A DNA stretch of 64,000 nt, taken from the NCBI RefSeq assembly GCF_037042905.1, contig NC_087252.1:372001-436000 (forward strand), read 5' to 3'. This DNA comes from Lytechinus pictus. Its lineage: Eukaryota. Of the stretch, positions 1 through 14,303 are shown piece after piece (the first letter of the stretch is position 1; each line of letters begins with the position of its first letter). The notes beneath the pieces are model-generated. The model saw only the letters and a program-made list of their open reading frames with translations, did not search any database and was not told the DNA's origin. Both the position numbers and the translations under genes were made by a program.

Positions 1-387
1 CTGATGATAACCATTTACCTACATGTGTAGGTTGAGCGCAGCACGTTGTGGATTAATTTCTTGCTGAAAAAAATTACGCCACAGCTGGCATTTCAACCCA
101 TGAGCCTCTGTTTCAAAGTCCTCATACTAATCCACTGGGCCACAATGCTCCACGTGCTCTAATTGGAAATGACTGCTGTGTACCCATTCATGCATACTAA
201 ATTGTGCTGCCACTCAACGCAGGTGATGTGAATGGGTATGCGGTAGGAATAATTCCTTGAATGCACTGAACACTGAAAGTGGCAGCTTGAGCTGAAGCTT
301 ATGAAATATAGTGTTCTTCTAAATAGATTACATCTAGTACACATCTAGATGGCATTATATAAATGCATATTATTTTCATTACTCTAC

Positions 388-699
388 CTTGTGTCTGAGA
401 TAGCAGAGCATTCATCTCCTCTTCCTTCTCCTTCATCTCTTGGCTTCTCCTATCTTCTTCTCCTCCTTCATCTTCTCTTTCCTTCTCTCCATCTTCCCTT
501 TCCTTTCCTTCATCCTCCACCTCTCCTTCATTCTCAGTCACTTGTTCATTGATTGGTGTCTTGGCTTCGTCTTCTTGTCGTTGTGCTGGTGTTCCTTCGC
601 TGTCCCGCTGGCCGAGGTCTAAGGGTGGGATGGCACTTTCCATACCGGTGTTGGCTCTGGTCTTGGGTGAAGTGTGGATCGCCCATTCAACAATCCAAC
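388..699 (-). CDS. Dynein HC exon 47 (Glu-rich insertion before AAA5)
   Basis: AG/GT; phase 1 joins exon 46 (KG|WIV). Confidence 0.82.
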
Positions 700-3600
700 C
701 TGAAATATAACAAAGAATATAAATCAGTTGAAAAACCAGAAACATAGAAATTCTAAGGTTACAAACAAAGAATGATGATGATTAATTATTCTGTAACATC
801 AGGGGCCCGTTTCATAAAGGACTTGCAACTGTTGTAAATTTGCCATAATGGCAACTACTATGGTAACAGGGCTCAGCAGCCAATCAGAATCAAGGTTACC
901 ATGATAGTTGCCATAATGGCAAAGTTACAGCAGTTGCAAGTCCTTTATGAAACAGGTCCCAGTTCCACCAATCTGCCGCTAGTGGCAAATAATAAAAAAA
1001 AAAAATTATGTCTCAATTGAGTCTAATTGATATTCAGTAATGAAGGAGTAATTAAAATTCCAACATTCCAAAACGTAAGTTTAAACATTCATTATTCGAA
1101 CAGATGATGTGAACGTATAAAGTAACAAAGAGATCTCCAACTTCAGAGTTATAATGTGAGTGCCAAACTTTCAATAATTTATTTCAGTTCATCTTTAGAA
1201 ACAGGCGTAGCAATGAAAATTATCTGAAACAAAAAATTAAAAAAATTTAAACTCACATGACTCTAGTTAGAGATCTCTTTGTTCCTTTATAAGTTCCAAA
1301 GTTTAGTAATATATGTAATAACCAACCTTTCATTGGATCTATGGCATCAATGACCAAAGGAACACCCCTCTCTTGAAGACACAGCGGCCAATGAACAGTC
1401 AGAACGGATCGACGGAACTTAGGATCATAAGGGCCAAGGTAGGTAGCGAAGGCTGCTGCCATTGCAATGGCTCCAGAGATGGCAAACTCTCGTTGAGGAA
1501 GGGATTGACAGATCTGAATGCAGTGCTGGTGCTCCATAGCCAGGATCTATCAGGAAAAATGTTAAATATGAGAAATTGTAAAATAAACACATACTTGGAA
1601 AATTATTAAGAACTTATGCAGATCAGAGATTCATGAAGTAGGATTTTTTGTTTTGCAGGGAATACAATGCATATGAGCTAGTTCAGCCATATAAGGAAAG
1701 TTACTACATTGTATTTAAGTATTAATTACCAATGTGGTGACTTAGCCTGCATATATGTGACTGGAGTCTATGGAAAACAAGTGTTTTAGTTAGCAAAAGC
1801 TCTCCAACAGCTTAAGAACAGACTAAATTGTCGCCTATTCAATGGCGCACTACACATTACCATGGCAATTTCTTGCTGAAGGCACTTTACGCCATGACTG
1901 GGATTTGAACCCACAACCCTCTGCTTCAAAGGCAAGACTAAGGAACCACTAAACCACAATGCTCCACATAACTTGATGGATCACATCACTCACATGTCTG
2001 AATCTATTAGCAGTGTCCAGTTGTTTGGTCATCTTCCTAGAAAGATCTTCCTGGTCATTCTTGTCCACCGTGGCACTCTCAAAGCTCAGGGCCAGGTCCA
2101 GGAGTCTCTCCTCTAATGCCTTCTTCTTATTCTCCAGCATAGAGAGTTTATGCTCTGCTTCCTCAATTGCTACCCTTGTCTCTTCAACCTTCTTGTGAAG
2201 CGGCTTGACCTTGGAGATCATGAGACGATGGTATCTGTGAAGCAATAGCAGAATATGAATGTGTGAGTGATCAAACGAAAGAAGGCAAATGGGGTAATGG
2301 AAGCTTGGCTCTGGAGGAAAGTGTTTTGGAAGGGGTAAGGAGAACTATATTATGGTGGTGGAGATGGTGGATGATGATGAAGAAGAAAATCATGAATCAA
2401 TGGCTCAGGAAACTTGAGGGAAAAAAGCTTAAAGAAAAGAGATATGCAGGCTGGTCTCCCTCCAGTTACAATCAAAATCCAACACAGACAAAACAAGATT
2501 GAGTGCACTGGTTGCATCATCCGGGTGTTTCATAAAGCTGTTCGTAAGTTAAGAGCGACTTTAAGATGACTGGTGATCCTTTCTTGTGGTAAATGGCATG
2601 TTTATTGACAATGGTTTAGCGCGTAAGAAAGGTCCACCAGTCGTTCTTAAAGTCGCTCTTATCTTACAAACAGCTTTATGAAACGGCCCCCTGGAGTGTA
2701 AAACAAAATATTTCATAGGAGCCCGGGCTAACAGAGTCTCAAGACACCGGAGATACCTAGAGACACCCTTGTATTTCGGAAGTCTAGCAAATGCTATATT
2801 ATAGTGCCTACGTCTAGAGAGCTCAATTCCCATTAAAGTCTCCTACATCTCAAATTGAGACCACAGTAGCATATTTTGGCTTACAGCAGATACTCCCCAT
2901 TGAACTAATTACAACCCTCTCTAGCATGGAATGAGGAATATGAGATGATAATAAGAATATGCAACATTTATATAGCGCTTTTTTATATAATACAAATGTT
3001 TTTAAGCGCTGCGTACTATTACATCAGCTACCCAGATCGAACGCTTGAGCAATCAAGGAATTCCTTCCTACTGGGTTCCCATTTACTACACCTGAGCGGA
3101 GAATGGCAAATGTAGACAAACGTCTTGCCAAAGGACGCGAGCGGTGTTGTGGGATTTGAACCCTAGACCTTATGGTACAAAGTCTAGAGACTTATCCACT
3201 GAGCCTTAACACCTGTACCGACAGCAAAAAGAAAAGGAAATAGGCTCACCTGCAGACACCTCTCACCCAGTTACACAGTGAGGCAGCAGCAGCATTCTTT
3301 CTCAGCATATTCTTGGCCTGGAAGGACGACTTCTTGAGGTATGGTTCCACCAGGCTCAGGGTAGACTCTGGAAGCTCAGAATCATCAAAGGAAGCAAGCT
3401 CCTCAAGGAATCTAAAAGGGCAAAGGAAATACCATTGAATTGTAAGACCAAGTGGAGCTAAATGATGATTGGTTATGCACACACATGTGACTGGTCTCTA
3501 ATTTGGCCTACCGTGTGATTTACTAATGACTGGTCATGAGAAAAGAATAAGTTTTAAAATGTAGTAAACAGACTAATTTGTTTAACAAATTGTGAAAAAC

Positions 3601-5176
3601 AAGATTTAACAAAACAGAAATTAGCTGATACAGTCATAAAAATGATAATAAAGTTACCTTTCAATGTTTGCCATCTGACGCTTCGCTCCTTTGCTCCAGG
3701 TCAGGTCAGATGCAGGAGATTTCACTGAAAAATAAATAAAATCATTACACCTTATTAATTCCACAAACAACCTATCAATGGTACATGTAATTAAGCTTAT
3801 TTTTTGCAGAAACTTCATTTAGATATCTACTTAATGACTTATCATCAATGTATATACTCTAATTACACCTACTGGAATGATTAAGAGATCAGTCAGAATG
3901 AATTAAATTCTCAAATGGCGTCCTAAGGTAAAAACAATGGTAGTATTATTATTGATTCATTGACTTACGAATCATAATGATGGAAGCTAGTAGATCTTCA
4001 ATGTCTACATCGGGCTTATGCATGCCTCTAAGCTCCCCTAGACTCGTCACGTCCAACGTCTGGACAACCTTCTTGGTGTCTGCTACTACTGCTACAGTCT
4101 TGTAGACCGCCCTCTCATGTGCGAGGGTGTACTTAGGAAGGGCTTGTTTGAGCTTGAGGAGACTGTCAAGCTGCTTCATGACTATCTTGACCTGTTGACC
4201 GGCAATGGCCTTGTCTTGACCGATCTGTGACAGAAGCTTGATGGTCCCCTAAAAGATAAAAACGAAATAAAATATAAAACAGTTCAACGTGCTGAATAAT
4301 ACCTTTCTTCCAATTTAATCAGTTTGATATAAGGACTTAGGAATTCCCATAACTAAAAGCAAAAGAAGTGAGAACTGATTTTAATCACAGTGCAGATTAT
4401 TCCATGACTTTAGCTTAACAGGAACAATATAATTATCTGCAAGAAAGCAAGAAATTAGGCACATGGTGGCGAAAGTTTGAAAGTAACTTCACAAGGAGGA
4501 TAAGACGAATAAATCAATACAAAATTCAAATTGGCAATGTTGACTTTGAGGTGATTGTGAATAACACTCACATCTGACATGAACCTCAATGTCACAGAAT
4601 TGTAATTTGCTACTGTCGGATTACATAATTGTCTTTAGTCAAAGAAAACTAGTGGAAAACTTATCCGTCTTTCATTTTGTTTCCCTCAAATATATACACT
4701 TTGTAAAGGAAATATTTGTTCTTACATCTTTCCTTTCTTCCAGCACAATAAGTTCATGTTCTAGTTGTTTCTGGAGTCTCATAGCTAGCTTGTTCTCTCT
4801 GTTGATATGATGCAAAGCCTTGGTCACTGTCAGATGTTCCTCATGAATCTTAGCCTGTCTCTGCTTGTACATTGATAGAAACCTACAGGGAAATATCAAG
4901 GAAAACAGTTATATCTCATTATTGGGACAAAAGATAAATAGATGAATATTACAGGTGATATCACTGAGGATCAAATTTCTACACATCAAACTCTATCTTC
5001 GACTATGGATGGACAGATAATAAAATAACAGGGTGAGAAAACTTGCATCTTTATTTCCTCAAGGGTATTAAAGAGTACCAAATTTATCAACTACTCTACT
5101 CTACTCTTGTTTAACCTTATCAACATGGTCCTTGTCAATATCATTATCACCACTACATCTTCATCTTTATCATAAC

Positions 5177-5235
<59 letters not shown>

Positions 5236-8200
5236 CCATCATCACCATCATCACCATCATCATCACCAACACCATCACCACCACCATCATCCACGTCCTC
5301 CCCTTAACTAACCTCTCTACAAACTTCTCATATGTAGTATTAGTAAGATGCTTATATCTCCCTGGTCCTTTCTCTTCTCCATCTAACTGTCTAATAGCAA
5401 GGTGCATGGTAGCTAGAAGATGAGCAAGATTCTCTTGTTGTATGTTGTTCATTCCTTCAGTACCTGAAGTGAGGGAGAGAGAGAAGAATAGATTAAACTC
5501 AATACACACTAGATATCCTGCCAAATTAAAGCAAATGTTTATTTGGAGTTTTAATGCATAAAACCTTCATTAAACAATTGAAATCACATTGGCCCATATA
5601 TGAATTAAACTCTGCTCTAAAGTTGTAATTTAATTATGGAGAGCCAACTGCGACATAAATATCTAACAGTATGTTTGTGAAAGACAAACAAGATACAATG
5701 TAATTGTCTCCATCGTAATAGAATCAGGACAGAGCACAGTAACCGTAAGAAACATACAATGTAAACAAAGTTGTGACATATTTGGCTTCCCATAATATTA
5801 GTACATAGTTAGACCATAGCCTCATTTAAACTGGACTTTGGAATACAGGCCATTGTATTCCCCCCCCCCCCCTCTAAGAAAAGAAATTTTACATTAAACC
5901 TCTAGGTAGACAATATTTTCATAATATACCAAACCTTGTAGGTAGGTCATGGCACAATCTACCAACCTCTGTCAGGAAATGATATGTTATATTCAACCTC
6001 TAGTCAGACAATATCTATTTAATATAGCACACCTTGTAAGTAAGTAACAACATTTTTTACAGGGAAATAAAAAGGTTATATTTAATTTCTAGGGAAGCAA
6101 TATCAATATAATATACCCTACCCTACCTTGTAAATAGGTCATAGCATGGTCCACCAGTCTCTCTCTAGTCCAGTGTTGATACCAGTAACAGTTCAGATGT
6201 TCCGTCAGGGCGGGATACTCTCTACACCTCCGCTGGAAATCATGACCGGTATCAGCAGAGATCAAAACCACTCGGAAGTTGTTCCTAACAATCCTGGTGA
6301 AGTCAAAGTTCACAAAAGTAAAATGGAAAGAAGAAGTACAGAAAGATGTCAAACCTGAGGGCAAGAGCACGGGCCCATTTTATAAAACTTGTAATAACAA
6401 ATTCAGAATAACAGTTTAGGAATACTGAAATCATTTTCAATTATTATAACAATTTTGTATTAAATGGGACCTAGGGCACCATATACCCTAAAAAGGCAGG
6501 GGGTGGGGGAACCTGCTGCTGTGGAATTCACCCCCTTCAACATTTGTTGTGATAAATATGTTATGCATAGAGCATCTGCCCCTCTCTACAGTATTACATG
6601 ACTACAAGCTCTATGACCAAATACTACAAGATAAGTTATACATAGCATTGTTTTCCCGGCTTTTTGATGGGAACCCCGCTTTTAGCAGGGAACAATCTTT
6701 TACTGGAAGTGTATTCAAGGCTTACTAAATAAGCTTGTAGTAATGACCAAATACTTCAAGATAATTACATACAGAACATGAATTCATCAAAATAAAAAAT
6801 GTTCATACTTGAGGAAGAAGTTCCATGCTGTTTCCCGTGTGTAGGTGAGACCTGCTGCCGTGACCTCTGTACGTATGGAATTGATGATGGTCGTCTGTTC
6901 CTCACTTGAGAAAAGATGAGTGATGGCGCCAGTCACAACAAACTCACCAACGTAAACCAAGAAATCTTCCTCATGGAGATCCTCTTCAGTCAGAAGCAGT
7001 AGTATCTTCTCACCCTGATGAAATTGATGGAAAAAAAAAATTGCAATTTCGAAATGTGTTTTCAGCAGACAGAATACCAAATTTTAGTGGTTGTTTTACA
7101 GAACGCACTATGATTTTGGTCCATAAACACTATAAGTATTTCAAAATTCAATTTTAGTCAATATGTAACTTACTTCTATTTGTCAAAATAGGATAATACA
7201 GATACATGTGTACCAGCTCTAAATGGATACAAACCAAAACAAAAACTTAATTGCAAATTAAAATTTTCTTCTTATTACACATGGTGAACCGTAAACCTCC
7301 TCCATGTTATAAACTCCACCATGCAAACCTACAAAGATCATCTAAATTAAAATCTGTTTTCCAATCAGCAGACACAATACCGATAATCAGTGGTTTTTAA
7401 CAGACAGCACACAGTAAAATGGTCCATAAACTCTGTAAGTATTTCAAAACTCAATTTCAGTCAATATGTAATTTACTTCCTTTTATAAGAATAGGATAAT
7501 ACAGATATAACAGCTCTAAATGAGAAATGTATATTCGGTATCAAATATCTATCTACGTATAAGCTTTACATACCAATGGTTAAATTTGTACATGTAGGTA
7601 CGTGGAGCGCAATAAAATATATTATATTGTCTTTAGTGAAACCAACCTTGACTCCAGCCTTGGTGTACATAGCCACAAGATCAGCCTTGAACTGATCAAT
7701 CTTATAGTTCCTGGAGGATGCCTCAGGTGCAGCGCTGATCTCAGACACACTGAACCCACATAGGCTCGCTGCAAGACGGGCAAACAGGTTACTCAGTCCA
7801 GGGTTGCCGTCGGCGACCAGGAGGGCGTGGCCTACCTCGTGAGCAGACATGATCATACGAGCGAGACGACATACTCTCTGAATTGTTTCCTGGATTAAAA
7901 TAAATCATAGGTATTGTTGAGAACAAGGTATTTGCCAAAGGATAACATCATTTGTTTATTTTGTTTAAATGGAATTGAAAATAGAGTAAACTCTAGTATA
8001 GGTTGACACCTTATAAACATTAAGTGAGTCCTACAGATCCATGCAAATAAACAAAAATAATAGTAATAAACCATTCCTGATAATTATTTCAAACATGTTT
8101 TGTATCAACATTCAGCTTAACAGCTAAATCAGGCAGCTGACTTCATGCCCACAACAGATTTTTTGAACATTTTATTGCATGCCCTGAATCTAAAATGAAA

Positions 8201-11200
8201 TGGAGGATATTGATTTTTGGTAAAAATTTATATTAAAAGGAATTTGTCTTTTCTGTTGATGCCCACGATCTAAGTGTTGATTATTATGGTGAACTTGAAA
8301 AAAGTTGACTTGATCTTGTCTGTGATGTCCTACTGTACTATTGAAACATTAATCGCTAGAGGGTATTCATTTGTCTCGCAATCTACTATGGTCAACAAGG
8401 AAATTCGTGACCACTCTCGCAAAAAGTGTTCACTAGCTTTCTAGAAAATTCGTGATCACTCTCGCAAAAAGTGTTCACTAGCTTACAAGTTCACGAGCTT
8501 TCGAGTGCCGCTGCAACTCTTTATCAAGTGACGAAAATTATCTGATAACGTAGTCTATTTATACCAATCCCCAGGACCGTACGCACGAACGCGTTGCACT
8601 GATCCGTTGTGTGATTGGTCGGGCGTTTCACCAATCAGTGCAGCGGCACTCGAAAGCTCGTGAACTTGTAAGCTAGTGAACACTTTTTGCGAGAGTGATC
8701 ACGAATTTCCTTGCTGACCATAGTAGATTGCGAGACAAATGAATACCCTCTAGCGATTATTTCAGTCCGTAATAATGAAACTATTTAGTATTATTGAAAC
8801 ATTTTAGTGAAAAAAATCGTGGGCAAGGGGCAATTATACCATTATTGAAAAAAATCCACTTTCTTGTTACCTTATACAATGTCAGCTTTATCTTGGGATG
8901 TCCTTTATTGTATTCCTCTACTGCATCCTGGAGCAGTCTCTGAACGCTGGCGACCTCAGAGCATGGTTGGTACTGGTCTGTATTCTCTACTTCTGAGCCT
9001 GCGGTGCTGCTGGTAGCCTGCTGTGAGCTACGGTACCCACCAGCGGTAACTATACCGGAGTCCTGCTGGACCAGATTGCTGAAGAGGGGTTGGTCGGGTG
9101 TGATGGTTAGCTGGAGCTGGGGAAATAGAGGATAGGAGAAGTACAATTAAAGGTCAAGTCTACCACAGGAAAATGTTGATTTGAATAAGTAGAGAAAAAT
9201 CAAACTAGAATAACGCTGAAAATTTCATCAAAATCGGATGTAAAATAAGAAAGTTATGACATTTTAAAGTTTCGCTTATTTTTCAAAAAACAGTGATATG
9301 CACAACTCGGTGACATGCAAATGAGACAGTCGATGATTTCCCTTACTCACTATTTCTTTTGTTTTTTATTGTTTGAATTATACATTATTTAATTTTTTTT
9401 ACAAATTTGACAATATGGACCAACTTGACTGAACCATATAGTATTGAACAATGCTAATTCCATATGTTCAGGGAGGAATTATTGTTGTTTCATTTGACGA
9501 GGAGAAAATTTGAATATTTCATATAATAAAATACAAAAGAAATAGTGAGTGGATGATGTCATCAGTCTCCTCATTTGCATACAGACCAGGATGTGCATAT
9601 AACTGTTTTGTGAAATTAAGCGAAACTTTAAAATATCATAACTTTCTTATTTTACATCCGATTTTGATGAAATTTTCAGTGTTATGTTTGTTGGATTTTT
9701 CTCTTTTTATTCAAATAAACTTTTTGTTGGGGGTGAACTTGTCCTTTAAAGAATGCCTAAATTCCATTAGCAGGCTCCATGATGTATTATTTACCCAAGT
9801 GATATTAGTTACTGAGGAATATCACCACCTATTTAATTCATGTATTCAATTCATTCAACATCAACTGATGCAAGACTGTGTTTCTGCTTGTAAGATTGCT
9901 CTCTTTTGTTACTATCATATTTGGTTTGTAATTTCAAGCATTATTGTATCAAAGTAGTTCAATGCAAGAGCCTTGACTAATCTACTCTAGATAGATTCCT
10001 AATAAATATGCTCTATTGTGTTTTATCGATACCGTAATTATTATCATATTACTTATGTCATTATTATCAGCAACAAATATATTATATGATGACAATGATG
10101 ATGATCAACATCATCATTACTTATGTAGACAAAAACAACAATTTCTTTCATCAGACTTGAATATGAAGAAATTTCTTTCTTTCCAAACTCCGTTACGGTT
10201 GTCAGATTCATGTAAGCATAGACTGACCTAATTATTAACAAAATAAAAATATACATATTTCTTACAGCCTGGAAATTTGTGTGAGGTTACAGGTCTAGTC
10301 GTTTTGACCTTTCCCTTCAAGTGAATATTATTTAGATTTGTTACATTTACATTTACCACTAATTGAAAATAAAATAATAACCAAGTTAAAACAAGGATTA
10401 AATAAACAGCAAAGACATCAACTTCCCTGAATAAAATGAGAAAAAAAAGACTGAATTAAAAAAAAAAAAAAAAAAAAAAAACCTCAAATTTTCAGGATTA
10501 ATTTTATCGTTACCAGCAAACAAGACCCACAAAAAATTAGTAAACAAAGATTCATCTGCAATAAGAAGACAAATATACACGTACCAATGAAGGCCATCAT
10601 ACATGTACATGTTCATGTCATAACAAGACAAATAATTATACAGGAATTGAAACAAACTACCCAAACAGGGATACCATAAAAGAGACTTAATTGAAAGGAG
10701 AGACCATTTCAAACTTTCCAAGATAAATCTCCCAAGATATATAATGCAAAGTACAAATCAAGGACATGAAAAAAAAAATATTTACAATGTGGTATATATA
10801 CTTTTCATATAAAAGATATTTACATAATATTCAATACTAAGTCCTAAAGATTAATAATAATTCATCAAATAAGTCAAAGATGAAATACCCACTTACACTT
10901 AAAAAAAAGTAATCAAAATGAGGGAAATAAAAGTATATCAAATACCATTATCAGAAGTTTAAAAAAACAAACAAACACAGCAAAGGACAATGTTAAACAA
11001 AAACGGAACACAAAAGCATACCACTTTCTCTCCTTTCATAATGCAACGGGCGTTACGGCCTGGGCTATATGCTTCAGACTTTAAAAATGGCAAATGATAT
11101 ATGATATTAGATTGGATGCTATGTGGATAAAACGGGTGCGATACAAGTGGGAGATGTACATGTTAAAGATGAAATAAAAATGCAATTCATGCTAAAAGAT

Positions 11201-14200
11201 AATGGCCTGAATTCACAAAGGAGATTTAAACAACTATCAAGGATAACATCTCTCTTTCTGTTTTCTTTTAATAAATAAATGTGTAATGATTCTGTTCTGA
11301 TTCCAATATACATAGGCCTATATTAAATATATTCTAGATCATTGAAAACCCTTTGTGGGGGATATAAGATTAAAACACCTTTGTGAAGTCAGGCCAGTAT
11401 AATGATTCATTAAGTTTCTAGAGTGTCTTCTATGCCAAATTAAAAATGAATAAATGGTAAACATATTCATGCACAAAAAGCAGAACAATTTATATCCTCT
11501 AGCTAGGATAACATATTAATGTGAACTCTTTGTGTGAATTAGAGATGTGCACATATGCAAGATGAACAATTCTATTTAAATGAATGAATGAATAACTACA
11601 GTGAGTGTAAAAATGTATAATTATATGGTGAAATTATCACACTTTCATGCAAAATATCTCATGTTGTATTATAAGATAGGCAATGTACTTCAAGATAACG
11701 CAATTACTATCACTCAAGAAAGAATTCATGATCATGCATCAACAAAATAGATGTGTAGTAAAATCATACTAAAGTGTTTGACAACTAAACAAACTATATT
11801 GTGAAAATGATTTAGAACAATTAAATGAAAGATAATGCTGCAATGCAAAAAACAAAGTGGAATATGATCAATAGAGTGACACTGGGTCATGCAAATGTAA
11901 CAGAAGTGTAAATATGTATACAGACAAGGGTCTCGTCTTACAAAGAGTTAAGATTAATCCGATCAACCTCAAATATATGAAAATCCATCGCCGTCATTTT
12001 CTTCACAAAATTTGCACAATGTCCTTTGTAAACAAAGAGAAGCACACTGAATTTTATAGAAAAAAAAAATATATGAATATACATCATATCTAGAAGATAT
12101 TCTTAACAAACATATATTTTAGATGTTGACGTTGCTGGCTTTCCATAGTTGTGGTTGATTGGATAAATCGTAACTCTTTGTAAGACGGGTCCTGGTGTTT
12201 GAGTGAGAATAACGTGCTTACCGGCTCTTCCGAGGTGAATTCCTTGCGAGCAGCGGTCACGAAAGCCAGCTGATAACGGTCAAAGTCAACTGGACTGACC
12301 AGCCGCTGACCATATACCCACTCACACTCGTGACGCCATAGCAACAGGAGGTTATCTGGATTCGTACCAGGTCTTAGGGACAGACAGATGTTCCTGAGGG
12401 AATAAATATATTAGATTATATCAATGCATACAGCTACTGGTACATGCCATTGGTACAACATATATTTATTATAGTACAATGATTTTTGGAAACAAGCAAA
12501 TGGGATACTAAATGTGCAACATTCGAACCTATGAAGAGAGTTTGCGACCATCTTGCTCAATTTGCAAAGACTCTGTGCTTATTAAAGCTTTTAGGACATG
12601 TTTGTGAACAAAGTAGAAAAGGGTCCTGGGATGCAGGTTCGCAAGTAGTTTCACATGTTGTTGAAATATGTGCCAAAAGATTGGGGTAGCCTCTGAAACT
12701 TAGTGCACATTTGGCACATATAAAACAACTGTCAGAGTGCTTTTTTCAGCATCCACATCCTACGCGAATAATTCATGAGCCCTATTAACCCTAAAATGGC
12801 CGGGGGGGGGGTTGAATCAACCCCCCCCCTCAACATTTTCTGCGATCATTCCGCCGCGCGAAATTTTTTGACCGCGCCACTCACAGAGTTTATACTTTTT
12901 AAGTCTCGCGCATCTTTTGACACCAAATTTACGATGCCCGGGTACGCGGTTCCGAAATTACGCAACATTTTGTTAGTGCATGTCAGACCAAAAATTGTTC
13001 CAAAACGTGATTTTGTGTACAAAGTCAATGCAAATTGAGTTTTCTCATCTTATTCATAAAGATATGATTATTTTTACTTAAAACAGCTGAAAGCAATTGA
13101 TTTTAGCATAATTATGCTTCAAAAAGGTTGTGCAATAAATCTGGTGAAAAAAACAAAGAAAAACAAAAGGTTGAAAAACAAAGAAATACATAAGAAATTC
13201 ATAAAACAATAAAATACATAAGAAATTGATTTCCAAACCGAAGTTTTTTTCAATTGCCATTGTTAAGAATGCTAAAAAGAATATTTTTACCAAAAATTTG
13301 CATTCTAGGAGCTTTATTTAGTGAATTAGAGCAAAAAGTATGATTTATGCATAAATTAACATAATTAATTCATATAAAATAAAATCTCATTATTTTGGAA
13401 AATTTTACCATACAGCCTTGTAGATTACATCGCACACTACCAGCGTGCAAATTTTTGCGGCGCTCGCGCGATCGGCGGCCGAGATCTCAGGGGGGGGTTG
13501 AATCAACCCCCCCCCCAGCCACAGAACAGCCAAAAAAGCCCGGCCTAGTTAGGGTTAAAACTGCACTCAAATTTAGAGGTTTAAGGTAAAAAATTACTTA
13601 TTGGAAGAGTCTTTTCATATCCCTAAAAGAGAAGATGTAATGACATCTCTCGGCCGTTGCTTAGGTCAGAGGTTAAACCTTACCGTGTCAGAAAGCAAGT
13701 AGCTCTGTGAGAGATACATGTATGTGCATTAAGTGGTGCCATTTGGAGACTTCTGCATGTTAACGGTTATTAAAGGCTACAATTAAGTTACTTACTGGAA
13801 GAGTCTTCTCATATCCCTAAGAGAGAAGATGTAATGACATCTCTCGGCCGTTGCTAGGAACATACTCCTCATCCTTTCCTGGACTTCAATTGTCACGTTC
13901 ACCATCATTGAGATTAGCGCCCTCAATTTCTCCTCTTCTTTATCAATCATGTGCTGCTTCTGAAATTTTCAAATATCAATTGTAAAGTGAATAAATCTAA
14001 AAAATGACAGCCATTTGTTTCTGTAAGCATTTCCAAGTATTCTTTTCTTGGTCTAGATAATGTTGCCAGACTAGCGATATGAGTCTCCCTGGACATCATC
14101 ATCACCATCACCATCATAACCATCATCATCACCACCACCACCACCACCACCACCACCACCTCCACCACCACCACCACCTGGACATCATCACCATCACCAT

Positions 14201-14272
14201 CATAACCATCATAATCCTCATATCACTATCATCATCATCATCATCATCACCATCACCACCATCACCACCACC

Positions 14273-14303
<31 letters not shown>

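Noticed and set aside
9553..9957. ORFs in MITEs and SINEs (also 52965, 12775, 51088, 54476)
   Set aside because: Chance frames in non-coding repeats, with no transposase motifs.
9960..11900. Second nested gene in the 3-kb intron
   Set aside because: Strand-biased AT-rich sequence with no credible ORF or exon chain.
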